Source: Lingula anatina
Taxonomy: Eukaryota > Animalia > Brachiopoda
Length of the DNA: 64,000 nucleotides
Reading direction: 5' to 3'
NCBI GenBank assembly: GCA_051362555.1
Contig: CM120645.1
Location: 9,672,001 to 9,736,000 of the forward strand
Shown here: positions 1 to 10,921 of the stretch, piece by piece
How positions within the stretch are numbered: position 1 is the first letter of the stretch
Layout of the letters: each line of letters begins with the position of its first letter
Position numbers and translations under genes: made by a program
The notes under the pieces: model-generated
What the model saw: only the letters and a program-made list of their open reading frames with translations
Told to the model about the DNA's origin: nothing
Database searches by the model: none

Positions 1-977
1 CAGTTGGTTGATTTAAGTTTCTACAATAATGAATTGATTGCAAATAATTGTATCATGAGTTATCACTGTAGGTCAACAATAGTTGAATTCTATATTGGGA
101 ATTCCTTTCTGATTTAAAAAAGAAATTTTTGCTCATGGTATAGAGTTATTACCTGATGCAGTTTCTGTCTGATTAAACTCACTGTGATGGTAGGAGAAAG
201 TAATCAGTCATTGATCTGCAAAGCAAAAAAGCATTAGGTTCCCACATCCCAGAAAACACAAAAAAATAAAGCCCTTTTTCTTTTCTTTTTGGCAAACATA
301 TGCCACTTGATGGCAATAAAACAATTTTTTCATAGAAACAAAAGCCTCCAGCAAGGAAAACAGAGGTATCTTTTACAAAGTGTAATCTGACAACAATGAT
401 CAATCAATTCAAATGTCTGTGGAAACACTGCTTTATCAATTAAATCAACAGTAACTGTAACTTGTAATAATGCCTCATGATCAAAGAGAATTATTTCAAG
501 TATATAATTTTTCATCTGATCTATCTGCTTTTGATGCAATTGTGTAGTTACTCTAGAAGTGTTGTACATGATTATGCTTTTAATGAATGACAGACCATTT
601 CAGAACTGTATGTTTGTAGTGTCTCTGTTGGGATTTTGCCATCATTTAAAGAAAGACTTTTAGTATCCGTGTTTGTTATGCTGTATGAGATTATGATGGG
701 TTTACCATTTATATCTGGGTATTTAAGAAAAAAGGAACCTGTAAAAAAGTAATTTTTTTTATCTTATCCCCCCCCCCCCCCCCCCCCTCAAGTTTTCCAA
801 GTCTTTGGGAATTATGTTACCATTGCATTTCTGGCATATTTTACCCCATTTTTCTTTAATATTATTTCAGACAGTGCACATCTAGGAAAAGATAAAACTG
901 GCAATTTGTACACTGTGACATAGATATCAAATATTGTTAATTATTTGTATAAAAACACATCTTATTTTTGTTTCTAG

Positions 978-3837
978 GTGTTCCTCAAGATTTTCTTGGT
1001 TTTTGTTCTACCTCACGCTACTGGCGTTTTCATATTCTGGACAATCATGGCGGGCCATGTACCTGTTTCCAGGGCATTCAGTTCTACGGCATCGATGCTA
1101 GAGTTCTTTCTTTCTTTGAACAGCTGGGACTGATGCAGTATGCTGAGGAGTTCATCAAGAAGGGATATAATTGTTACGACAGCTTGCTGAATGTACATCC
1201 AACAGATTTAGAAAAAATGGTAGAGTATCTCTCATAATTTTGGGTGTAATTTTAGGTTTAATTCTAATTTTTTGTGAAATTTGTAGAAAAAATGTATATC
1301 TCACAAATTTTGGGGCATGCTTTTTACATGCTGTTCATTTTGGAAAAAAGTTTTAAAAAGTATGTTTTCTAATATAAGTATCAAAAGCTAAAATTATAAA
1401 ATCATGCCTGTAGCATATATCTAATTAAGGTCTTAATTTCTCCTACAGGTTCCTTTAGAAATGCACAGAAGACAAATATCTGTAGCTTTAAAGGATTTAA
1501 AACTTAAAGGTATGTTCCATTTTCTTTTCTACTTTTATTTACAAAGTGATGTGTAAATAAATAAATAAATAAATGTTTTGTACTTGCTAATCAGTGATGT
1601 TTCTTCCACATCAGAAAGTTTTTTAAAAGAAATCTATCATTGCATTTAATTTAATGAACTCATTTCAAGCAAAAAGCTGTTTCACATTTGCAATATCTAT
1701 AGTTACGTTTAGTTTCAATTTTTATATTCTACGTATACCTTGTAGTCTATCCAATAAGGCGGTTGGCTTGGTTAAAGTCTCCTGTCAACATGGCGCGGGA
1801 GGGTGAGACATTGCCGCCATTTACTGTACAGTCTGACCCAGAGGTGTCTGAGGAAGTCTCGCTGTTTGTTCACGGTAAGAAAAAACCATGTGCTCTGTAA
1901 ATGATTATAAATAAACAAGGAAATAAACTTGTGTGTGTATTATGTAATTTCTCAAATGGCCTTTGCTATCACACCCATGGTACCTGTCATTAGTACCACC
2001 AGCGTGTACGCTGGCGGTACTCATGGTTTTAGTCCCGACCCGTATCGTACGGCTCCGCCGGCTCCGTGAGCTCCGCCGGCTCCGCAGGGTGGCGTGGGAT
2101 ACAAGTCACCGTTACCGCTTCTCCTCCTAGACTGCATGGGCCTGTATCCCCATCTCTTGGATTTAGGTCACATATAATCTCAACTTGAACCCCCTGGTTT
2201 TTTTGTCTCGATCGGTGCAATTGCCTGGGCATGACGCTCGTTGAAATGCACCCTTGTCAAAATTTTTGAAAATTCAATGCTATATATCTCCCAAACTGAA
2301 GGAATTATGGGAAAAATTAATATAGAAGTCTGACCGAAAGTCACATATGAGGATTCCAAATATGCCCTTGGATTTGACCTTTGACCTTTATTTCAAGGTC
2401 AAACAGGCCAAAATTTTCAAAAAAAGGGAATTTTTTACGAAAAAAAAATTATTTGTGCTGATATTCAGAAACTACACAGACCTAACCTCTAATATTTTTG
2501 GTAGTTGTTACCCTTCAGGTTATCTTTCATCTCTGTGAGTTTCGAGTCAATCGATGCATTTTAACGGGAGCAGCGGCCATTAGATGCTGAAACATAAAAC
2601 TCTCTCTAATTCTGGAGTCGTTAATGCTAGAGACCTCTTGTTTTTTGCATTTGATAGAGCATGTCAAGCCCAACACTGGAGGTGGTCTCCGTTTTTTTGT
2701 TTTCCATACGGTTCACGAGTTATGCTGTATCAAAAAGTACATTCCTACTTTTCACCATTAACTGAAGTTTGAAAATTTTTAGTCTCTTATATCTCCAAAA
2801 CTAGAAGAGTTGGGTCAATAGTTACTATTGAAGTTGAATAGGAAGTCATATACTGGCAATTTAACTGTGACCTTGAAATTGACCTTTGACCTACTTTTCA
2901 CCATGGACTGAACTTTGCAACTTTTTTCAGTGCTTATACTTTCAAAACTGGCAAAGATATGCCCATAGTTAGTGCCACCAGTGTGTAAGCTGGGGGTATT
3001 CGTGGTTTTAGTACCAACCCATATCGTACGGCTCCGCAGGGTGGCGTGGGATAAAAGGCACCATTACCAATTATCCTCCTAGATCGCAAAAAAGGGAATT
3101 TCTGCAAAAAGATATTTGTTTGTGCCAATGTTCAGAAACTAAGCAGACCTTAGCTCTCATATTATACTGAGGGGTTACAATTGCAGACTGCTTTAATGTG
3201 TGGAAGTTCGGGGTCAATCGGTGCATTTTCATGGGAAAAGCAGCCATTAGATGCCAAAACTGAAAAAAAAAAAAAAACACCTTGTTTACTACATTTCCTG
3301 CAGCTTGTCACCCACAACCATACAGGTGGGGCCCCACTTTCTTTTTCTTTCCCATACAAATGCGCTTACCCCAGCTGGTGGTACAATATCAGGAGGCGGT
3401 ATCGCCTCTCTGATCCTCTAGTTTAGATATCCTTTGTGTTGTTTTGCTTGCAATGAATAGAAAAAAGTTGGACCCAACAAAATGTGTCAATCTCTTAAGA
3501 TTGGCAATCAGGATTATGTAATAGTCTCAATGTTATACTGATTGGAGTCTTAATTTGATGTGAACCTCGTTCTTGTATCCCCAAATGTGATTAAATTTAA
3601 AATACATAAATGGAGCCTCCCAAGATTTTACAAATTGAATTTATATGCCATAACCAATTGCTGAAATATTTCCAGGAAAAGCAGAGGTCAAAGGTCGTAC
3701 AACTGTGAGTCTCATACCTCAGGGCCCAAGATACCCTTCCACAGCAACGTTTGAAGGAATTGAGATTTACCCTGGTAAGTTTTAGTGAGTCACAACTGAT
3801 GGGTCAGTCTGATGGTGGTTTAAGCATGTGTGTGTGT

Positions 3838-3869
<32 letters not shown>

Positions 3870-6800
3870 ACAATCTTGTGTTAAAGTATGTGAGTGAAAA
3901 ATAAAGAAGGGAATAATGAGAAAAAGAGCTTTTGAACTTTTTAGTTCCCCAGATTCTAAAAAGGCTTTGTCTTGTAAGTGTAGAGCACTCATCAAACCAT
4001 TACTACCTGTCTGCTTAACATCATAAAGTGTTAACATTAGGTGGGAAGATTGCCAAAAATAGTTGTAAATTTACACTGGCCCAGCACCACTGAAAGGGTT
4101 ATTGTCACAGGAAGTGTGACTCCTCTGGGAGCCGAGAACACTTATCTCTGAATGTGCAGCAGTTTAGAACACTAATAGAAGCTTTTAGCGGGACATATTG
4201 CAAAGTTCATGACTGTTTTATTTGTTGTTCCATCCATCAGGATAACAATGTTGATGTAGAAATATGTGAAGTGTGCCTGTTAATTGTTTTCTTAATGAAA
4301 GTTAATGTATTTGGTTGTGGCTTTTTGGTGGAGTGAGTTGGAAGAGATAGTACAAGATGAAAGAAGGAGGGATGTGTAGTTATGATGAATCATTTGTAGT
4401 ATTTGTCAAGGTGATGTCAAGGTCACTGTGGAGTACTCTGATAAAAGAGCCAATTGGCAGTGAGGATTTCCTGGTCTTAAATAAATTTCCAATACGTATA
4501 AAATTGATTTTTACACCAAAATAAAAAAGTATAAATACACCTTTATAAGAAGAATAATTCTTTAAGTCAGACCCACTGTCATTTGTTATAGCTGTAGGAA
4601 GGCTCTTTACGAGAGGATAAATTGCTTTCAGCAGGCAAGTTCATTAAGAGACTGGAAGAACACTTCTGTGTTAAAAATGTCTGGAAAAACATATCTTCGT
4701 TGAAAAATAGAACACCATACTTAAATACCCCATGGGTGTCTTAATGAATTTGCTAAGTCATACCTCAATTATTGTACCACCAGCGTTAGCGCTGGCGGTA
4801 CACATGGTTTCGGTCCCGTCCGGATCGTTCCGCCGGCTCGGACGGCTACCGTTACCGCTTCTCCTCCTAGACGGTAAGGGCCCCCGTACCCATCTCATGG
4901 ATTTAGGTCACCTATAATCTCAACTCGTTCCACGTAAAATTTGGGCTTTGTCGGTATTGGGGTCTGGGTGTGGCACTCATTACAATGCACCCTTGTCTAA
5001 AAATGGCAAAATTAAATGCTAATTATCTACCCTACGGAAGGAGTTATGGGAAAAATTTCTATAGACGGCTTTCCAAAAGTCATATGTGTAGATTTCAAAT
5101 ATACCCTTGGATTTGACCTTTGACCTTTACTTCAAGGTCAAATGGGCCAAAATTTTCAAAAAAATGAAATTTTTTACGAAAAAAATTTTTTTTGCCCTGT
5201 TATTCAGACACTACACAGACTTAACCAATAATATTATTGGAAAGTGTTACCCTTCAGGTCTTTTTTCATCTCCATGAATTTGGGGTCAATCGGTGCATTT
5301 TCACGGGAGTAGCGGCCATAAGATACCGAAACTGAAAACTGTCTCTAATTCGGGAACCGTTAATGCTAGAGACCCATTCTTTTTTGCATTTTGTAGAGCA
5401 TGGAAAGCCCAACACTGGAGGTGGTCTCGGTTTTTTTGTATTCCATACGGTTTTCGAGTTACGCTGTATCAAAAAGTACATATTGGTGGTAAAAGCAAAA
5501 TGTGCAGTACGGTAATGGATAATAAATTTTGAACTCTGGAAAAATAAAACATAAGGCTTGGCAAAGCAGACAACTTGTGTTCAAAAATGACATTATTTCT
5601 TCAAATTTGAACTTCTGAAACTTCAGAGCATCTCCTATTTCAAGAATTTTGACCAAAATGACATTTTCTTTATTTTAATTAATTTTTTCTGTACGAAATT
5701 TAAGGCACATTATGGTAACTCCAAAATTATAACATTTAGTCCCTTATATCTCCAAAACTGGCAGAGATAGGTCCATAGTTACTATTGAAGCTGAATAGGA
5801 AGTCATATACTGGCAATCTTACTGTGACCTTGAAATTGACCTTTGACCTACTTTTCACCATGAACTGAACTTTGCAAAGTTTGCTTCCCTTTTATCTCCA
5901 AAACTGGCAGAGATAGGTCCATAGTTACTATTGAACTTGAATAGGAAGTCATATACTGGCAATCTAAATGTGACCTTAAAATTGACCTTTGACCTACTTT
6001 TCACCATGAACTGAACTTTGCAAATTTTGCTTCCCTTTTATCTCCAAAACTGGCTGAGATAGGTCCGTAGTTACTATTGAACTTGAATAGGAAGTCATAT
6101 ACTGGCAATTTACTGTGACCTTGAAATTGACCCTTGACCTATCTTACGAAGAACTTAAATTTGATTGTACCATATATATTTTTTGCAAAAGTTTAAAAAT
6201 TCTTGTTGATTGCATTTTTACAGCTTGTCAAGCACAAAACTGGTGGCTGTGTCCCTTATTTTGTGTATGTGGGGGGTCTATACGAATGCGCTTGCTCCAG
6301 CTGGTGGTACAATATTTGGAGGCGGTATCGCCTCTCAGATCCTCTAGTTAATAAGTTAAGTTAAGAGAAAACAAGATGAGGTTAACGAGACATTACATTG
6401 TTTGAAAAAGTAAAGAAAATCGCTTGCAATTACATGATATCTGAGACCATATGCTGATATGATAAAAGGCACTGAGTGAAGGATATTTAAGAATTTAATC
6501 TTTGCTTAACATTTTATAATTATTTGTATTTATTTTAAATTCCCTCATTATTCAATCATTGGGAAGATTTACATTTGTCAAAACAATTAGCCATTTAGCT
6601 GAAATAATGGAAGAAAAGTGTCAGCTTGATAATAATACCAGTTGCGACCAATTCTCTGGAGAGTTTGGTATTCACAGAAAGACACATTTTAATTTACACT
6701 TTATTAGCTCTTAGCATTATTAACTATCCCATAAGCACAAATGTCCACCTTCTCGGAAGAAACTACTCCAACATTCCCAAGTTGGACTCGTAATGGTGTT

Positions 6801-9800
6801 GTAGTTGGAGTAAGAGGATTTCACTTCATCCTCTGTGGGTTTCCCCAGCTCATTAACTTACCATTAGAGCCATCAGTGGAGTTAAACAGATATTGACCTG
6901 TGCAAATGAGCAATTCTCACTGTCAATTGTCAGACTTGTTTCATTTGGATGTCTATAAGCAGCATCTTTGAGGGTGATCCACTTCTTGATTAGCCTCTCC
7001 TAAAAACAAGTAGCTAACAGTCATTCATTAGGGATATCTTTGGGCATTTTTGGATTTATCATTAACCTTGTCCAGATGACACCTTTGGGCAATTAATGTC
7101 CTTGAATCTCCTTAGTGTGTTGATATTAGAGTTCCCACTTCTTAAATTGTGGTCTGTTAGGGACACTTCTGCAAATGTATTTATTCTGATCATTTTTATT
7201 AATATTATTGATTTCTTTGACCATAACCTGAGGATAAGTATTTGTACTATAACATTATTCTACAGTGTATCCTGTGCAGTGGGATACTGTACATTCGTTC
7301 TTAAGTTTCTAACTGGTGTGCACATTTTGCTCGTACATGCTCACACTTACAAACACACACACACACACACGTTGAAAGGATCTGTGAAAGGGCCACTGAA
7401 ATTCCCCTTATGGTGTTAATTGTTCATGAAATGATTCCTGCTTTGCAAAACAAAATTAGAATCATAATCATATAATTATACAGAATAGTCACAATGTCCA
7501 TAAACAATTCCACAAAATATGTTCTAACAATATTCAGTGTGTTGAACAAAGAATACACAAAGACAAACATTTCAGCCACTTGCATCTTGTTTGCCATTGA
7601 ATCATGATTTCTTTCTTGAAGGTTGATAATGATGGCTTTAACATTGACCCAAGGTTGTCAAGTAAACATTACACAGTAATATATATTTTATTAATCCCAG
7701 GACATGCAGTTTAAGTCCTGCTCATACACATTGTTGGCAATAATGATTATAATGATAATCTGTCTCATTCCATGCAGCATGTATACTGTAATATAATTGG
7801 TAATTCGTCAGTTTTTATTTACATATTCTTTGTAATTTAGATAATAATATATCATATTTCCTAGGTAACACAATACCTCTATGTCCATCTATCATATTTC
7901 ATGTTCATGCTATCCATAATTATAGTTATTATGTATCGTATCCATTTATAATGTAACATAGCAAAGTAAATGTGCCATGCTTTTGTATACATTGTCATTT
8001 ATCATGTTGTATTTAATTGTGATTATGATGTTACATTTTCACACACAATACAATATGAAATGAGAATTTGTCATTTTTCCTACACAATGAATTCTGTTGA
8101 TGTTCATTCATCATGTTTATGTCCTATTCATTGTTTCTTATTGCGGTTATAATGTATCATATTCCTATGTATAGAATTTCATATGTCAATAACAATATAT
8201 CATATTTAAGTACAAGGAAACATATTAATTAAAATGTATCACATTTAGCGACAGTGAAACACTTTGATGAAAATGTATCATATTTAGATACAATATTATA
8301 CCATTTTAATGACAATGTGTCATATTTAGATACAATATTATACCATTTTAATGACATTGTGTCATATTTAGATACAATATTATAACATTTTAATGACAAT
8401 GTGCCATATTTAGATACAATATTATACCATTTTAATTACAATGTATCATATTTAGATACAATGTAATATATGATATTATATATTTCCAGCTGGCAGATAT
8501 TTGATAGAAGTCCACTGTACCAGGTTTCCACAGCTCTCCTTACAGGCGCCACAACACATAGAAATAGGTGAGGTCCTTGTGATTAGGGCCCATTCCCAAT
8601 GAAAGTATCAGTCTATATAGATCAGTCAAACTCCTCGGGTACTCTTGCTGAATGCAATCAGATTAAAAGATTAACACGTCCTCCTGGCATTGAGTAGAAT
8701 ACAGATAAGCTTGTGATTATGAGTACAATGGAAACAAGAGAAGGCGTTTGTTTTCGTTAATGTGATTGCATTCAGCAAGAGTCCCCACGGTGTTGAAACG
8801 AATAATAGTTTCAGTGGGAATGAGTCTTTAATTTGTTGTGTAACATGTTATACCAGTCATCTCATTCGTCATTAAGGACAATTAACAATGATGGATTTTA
8901 GTCATTACATGTTATATTTAATCCTCAGAGAACAAAGTGGCTGTAAGAAAAAGTCTAACAATAGAAATATTTAAGTTTTTATATTTATTTAATAATGTTT
9001 TAGACAACCTGCTTGTATCATGTATTAATGCATCAAGAATTTAAACCAGAAAATACAGGATGTTTTAAGAAACAAACTTGATGTGGGGTAGTTTAGATAT
9101 GTATAGTAAGCCTTGAATCCATCTTCTCTTTTGCATGATGTTAGATGAACCTCTTTATTTGACTTTGTTGCCTTAACTTGGTTGGTGAGTGAACATTTAG
9201 TGTCTCCCAAACAGTTTATTCTTGGCTTATAACAAACATACATCTTAAAAATAATTTTTCATTTTAATTTTCTCTGTCTGCAGTGACAGCCATTGCTATT
9301 TTTCCAAGATTCAAGTATCTGATTTAATTTTTTTTTATCTGATTTAATATTGACACAAACAATCCTAGTTCAAAACAAACCAAAAGTAATATATAGAAAA
9401 ATGAACTTGCAAACCCCAAGAGCTTGCCCTGTATTGATACACCTAACATCATTGTTAGCATATTGAAAATATATATACCTGTCCAGTTACCAAATATGCA
9501 GTTTCCATGCTGTATTTAAACTTTTATTAAAATAAGTTCATTTGTTCAACTCAGGTCCACCCCCCCCCCCTTTCCCTTCATCCTTTATTCTTTCATTGAT
9601 CTTTTTTATCATGAAGAAGATCTTGAGGAATCCACTATTCATTTCCTAAAGATACTTTGTTTCTGCTTCATAATCTGCCTTCAGCTTTTTCTGTCAGCAG
9701 TTTTCTTACCCATGCTGCCCAAGTTTTGATCAAACCAGCAGTAATTTGTCACTGTATCAGTTATAGCAGATGTAAGACCAGCTTCCCTAGAAGTGTGTGC

Positions 9801-10921
9801 ATTAATATTCCTGCTGGCAGCTTTTTGTTGGCCAAGCTTAAAACTATGAATGTACATAGAACTTCTGTATTGTTTAACTGGTATATAGGGAGTGGTTATT
9901 GTATATATGTAACGCCCCTTGTTAAAAAACATGTGACATTGTCACATACTTGCATTTATGTTGATTAAACGTATGAGAGTTTAATTTAGGGAGAGATGAT
10001 CGAATCAAAGAAAGTAAGAGTGAGAGATGGAAAAATGTTAAATCCCTACCCTTATTCCATAGAGAATCTCTTTGAAATATCTCCATTAGAGTTGAAAACA
10101 AAAAAATCCATTGTGTGTCATTTGCACTGAAAGACATTGTCTTCAGGGTAATATCTTGTCGGAGAGAAATTAATATGTGACCATTTTCACTCTCCCTAGG
10201 GTTCTGTGTAACATTTAACACAATTGGCTTTGAGTGAAAACAAATTCTTTGTGCCTTCCTCTGGTAATACCCATTTAATAAGCCAGAAAATGCTGCAATA
10301 TGCCACCTGTCATAATAAAAAGATCGAGAAACTACTTGTGAAATAAAACAAGTTGTTTAGAATTCATTTTGTATTTTTTATTAGAAAAGCTATTTAGGGG
10401 TCATACTGTTTGACTGGGAAAAATTATGTCATTGCTTCAACATGGTAATATGTGTAGTGGTAGATTTTTCATTTTGTTTTATTTTATCTAACATTTATTT
10501 ATTAATTTATTTATTTTATTTTTTGGTGATAAGGCAGTATGGAAAATAGTGCAAAAATATTCTGATCATTTCTTTGTTTATATTTATTATTATTTATATT
10601 TGTTCATTTCTGTATTTTTATTTATTTATTTTTGCCTTTTTGTTTATTAATTTTAACGAAAAAAAGAAAGGTCACTTTGTATGTAAAAAAAATTAAGCTC
10701 CAGTTACTCTTTTTCATATTTTTTTTCTTTTTGAACAAGCTTTTGAATGAAGTATATGTTATTTCATTATTCTGTTAAAATTACATCAATCTGAAATCAT
10801 ATCCTTTCCAGTTCAACGAGCCAAGGATCCGTCTGAGGTCACAGCAGCCTTTGATGAGCTGGAGGACATGTTGAGAAGCATGCAGGCATCTTTAGGGGAA
10901 AGTCTGAATGGAAACAGTTAG
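978..10921 (+). CDS. 3' part of a multi-exon gene: F5/8-type-C (discoidin)-like end + SAM domain + Ig-like beta domain + acidic C-terminal helix (5' exons lie upstream of the window)
   Basis: Six AG/GT-bounded exons join in frame: 978-1219, 1449-1509, 1746-1874, 3676-3774, 8490-8567, 10812-10921 (TAG). Translation: ...SRYWRFHILDNHGGPCTCFQGIQFYG (discoidin-like strands), VLSFFEQLGLMQYAEEFIKKGYNCYDSLLNVHPTDLEKMVPLEMHRRQISVALKDL (SAM), LAWLKSP..GETLPPFTV..ATFEGIEIYPAGRYLIEV (beta sandwich), ..AAFDELEDMLRSMQASLGESLNGNS*. Confidence 0.85.
1990..3423 (+). mobile_element. Non-autonomous Helentron-type element (HINE/DINE-like), composite of two units (second starts at ~2969)
   Basis: 5' TTAGTACCACCAGC subterminal repeat folded with CGCTGGCGGTAC. 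3' GCTGGTGGTACAA complementary subterminal repeat, then a GAGGCGGTATCGCCTC stem-loop and a CTAGTT end. Internal TGACCTTTGACC motifs. Collinear with 4770-6349. Confidence 0.8.
4770..6349 (+). mobile_element. Non-autonomous Helentron-type element (HINE) with internal tandem array
   Basis: Same termini as 1990-3423 (TTGTACCACCAGCGTTAGCGCTGGCGGTAC ... GCTGGTGGTACAA..GAGGCGGTATCGCCTC..CTAGTT). Contains ~2.7 copies of a 146-bp unit. Confidence 0.82.
5745..6142 (+). repeat. 146-bp tandem repeat (~2.7 copies) inside the HINE
   Basis: CTCCAAAACTGG recurs at 5750, 5896 and 6042 with near-identical units. Confidence 0.9.
8272..8462 (+). repeat. 42-bp minisatellite (~4.5 copies)
   Basis: TATTTAGATACAAT at 8281, 8323, 8365, 8407 and 8449. 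Confidence 0.9.
8586..8827. mobile_element. MITE family A (PIF/Harbinger/Tourist-like)
   Basis: Imperfect TIR GGGCCCATTCCCAATGAAA ... TTTCAGTGGGAATGAGTCT, internal inverted CTCTTGCTGAATGCAATCA / TGATTGCATTCAGCAAGAG, TTA on both flanks. Related copies at 48067 and 50046. Confidence 0.75.

Noticed and set aside
5745-8462. CRISPR-like arrays (146-bp and 42-bp periodicity)
   Set aside because: Units are head-to-tail without unique spacers, there are no cas genes, and the context is eukaryotic intron.
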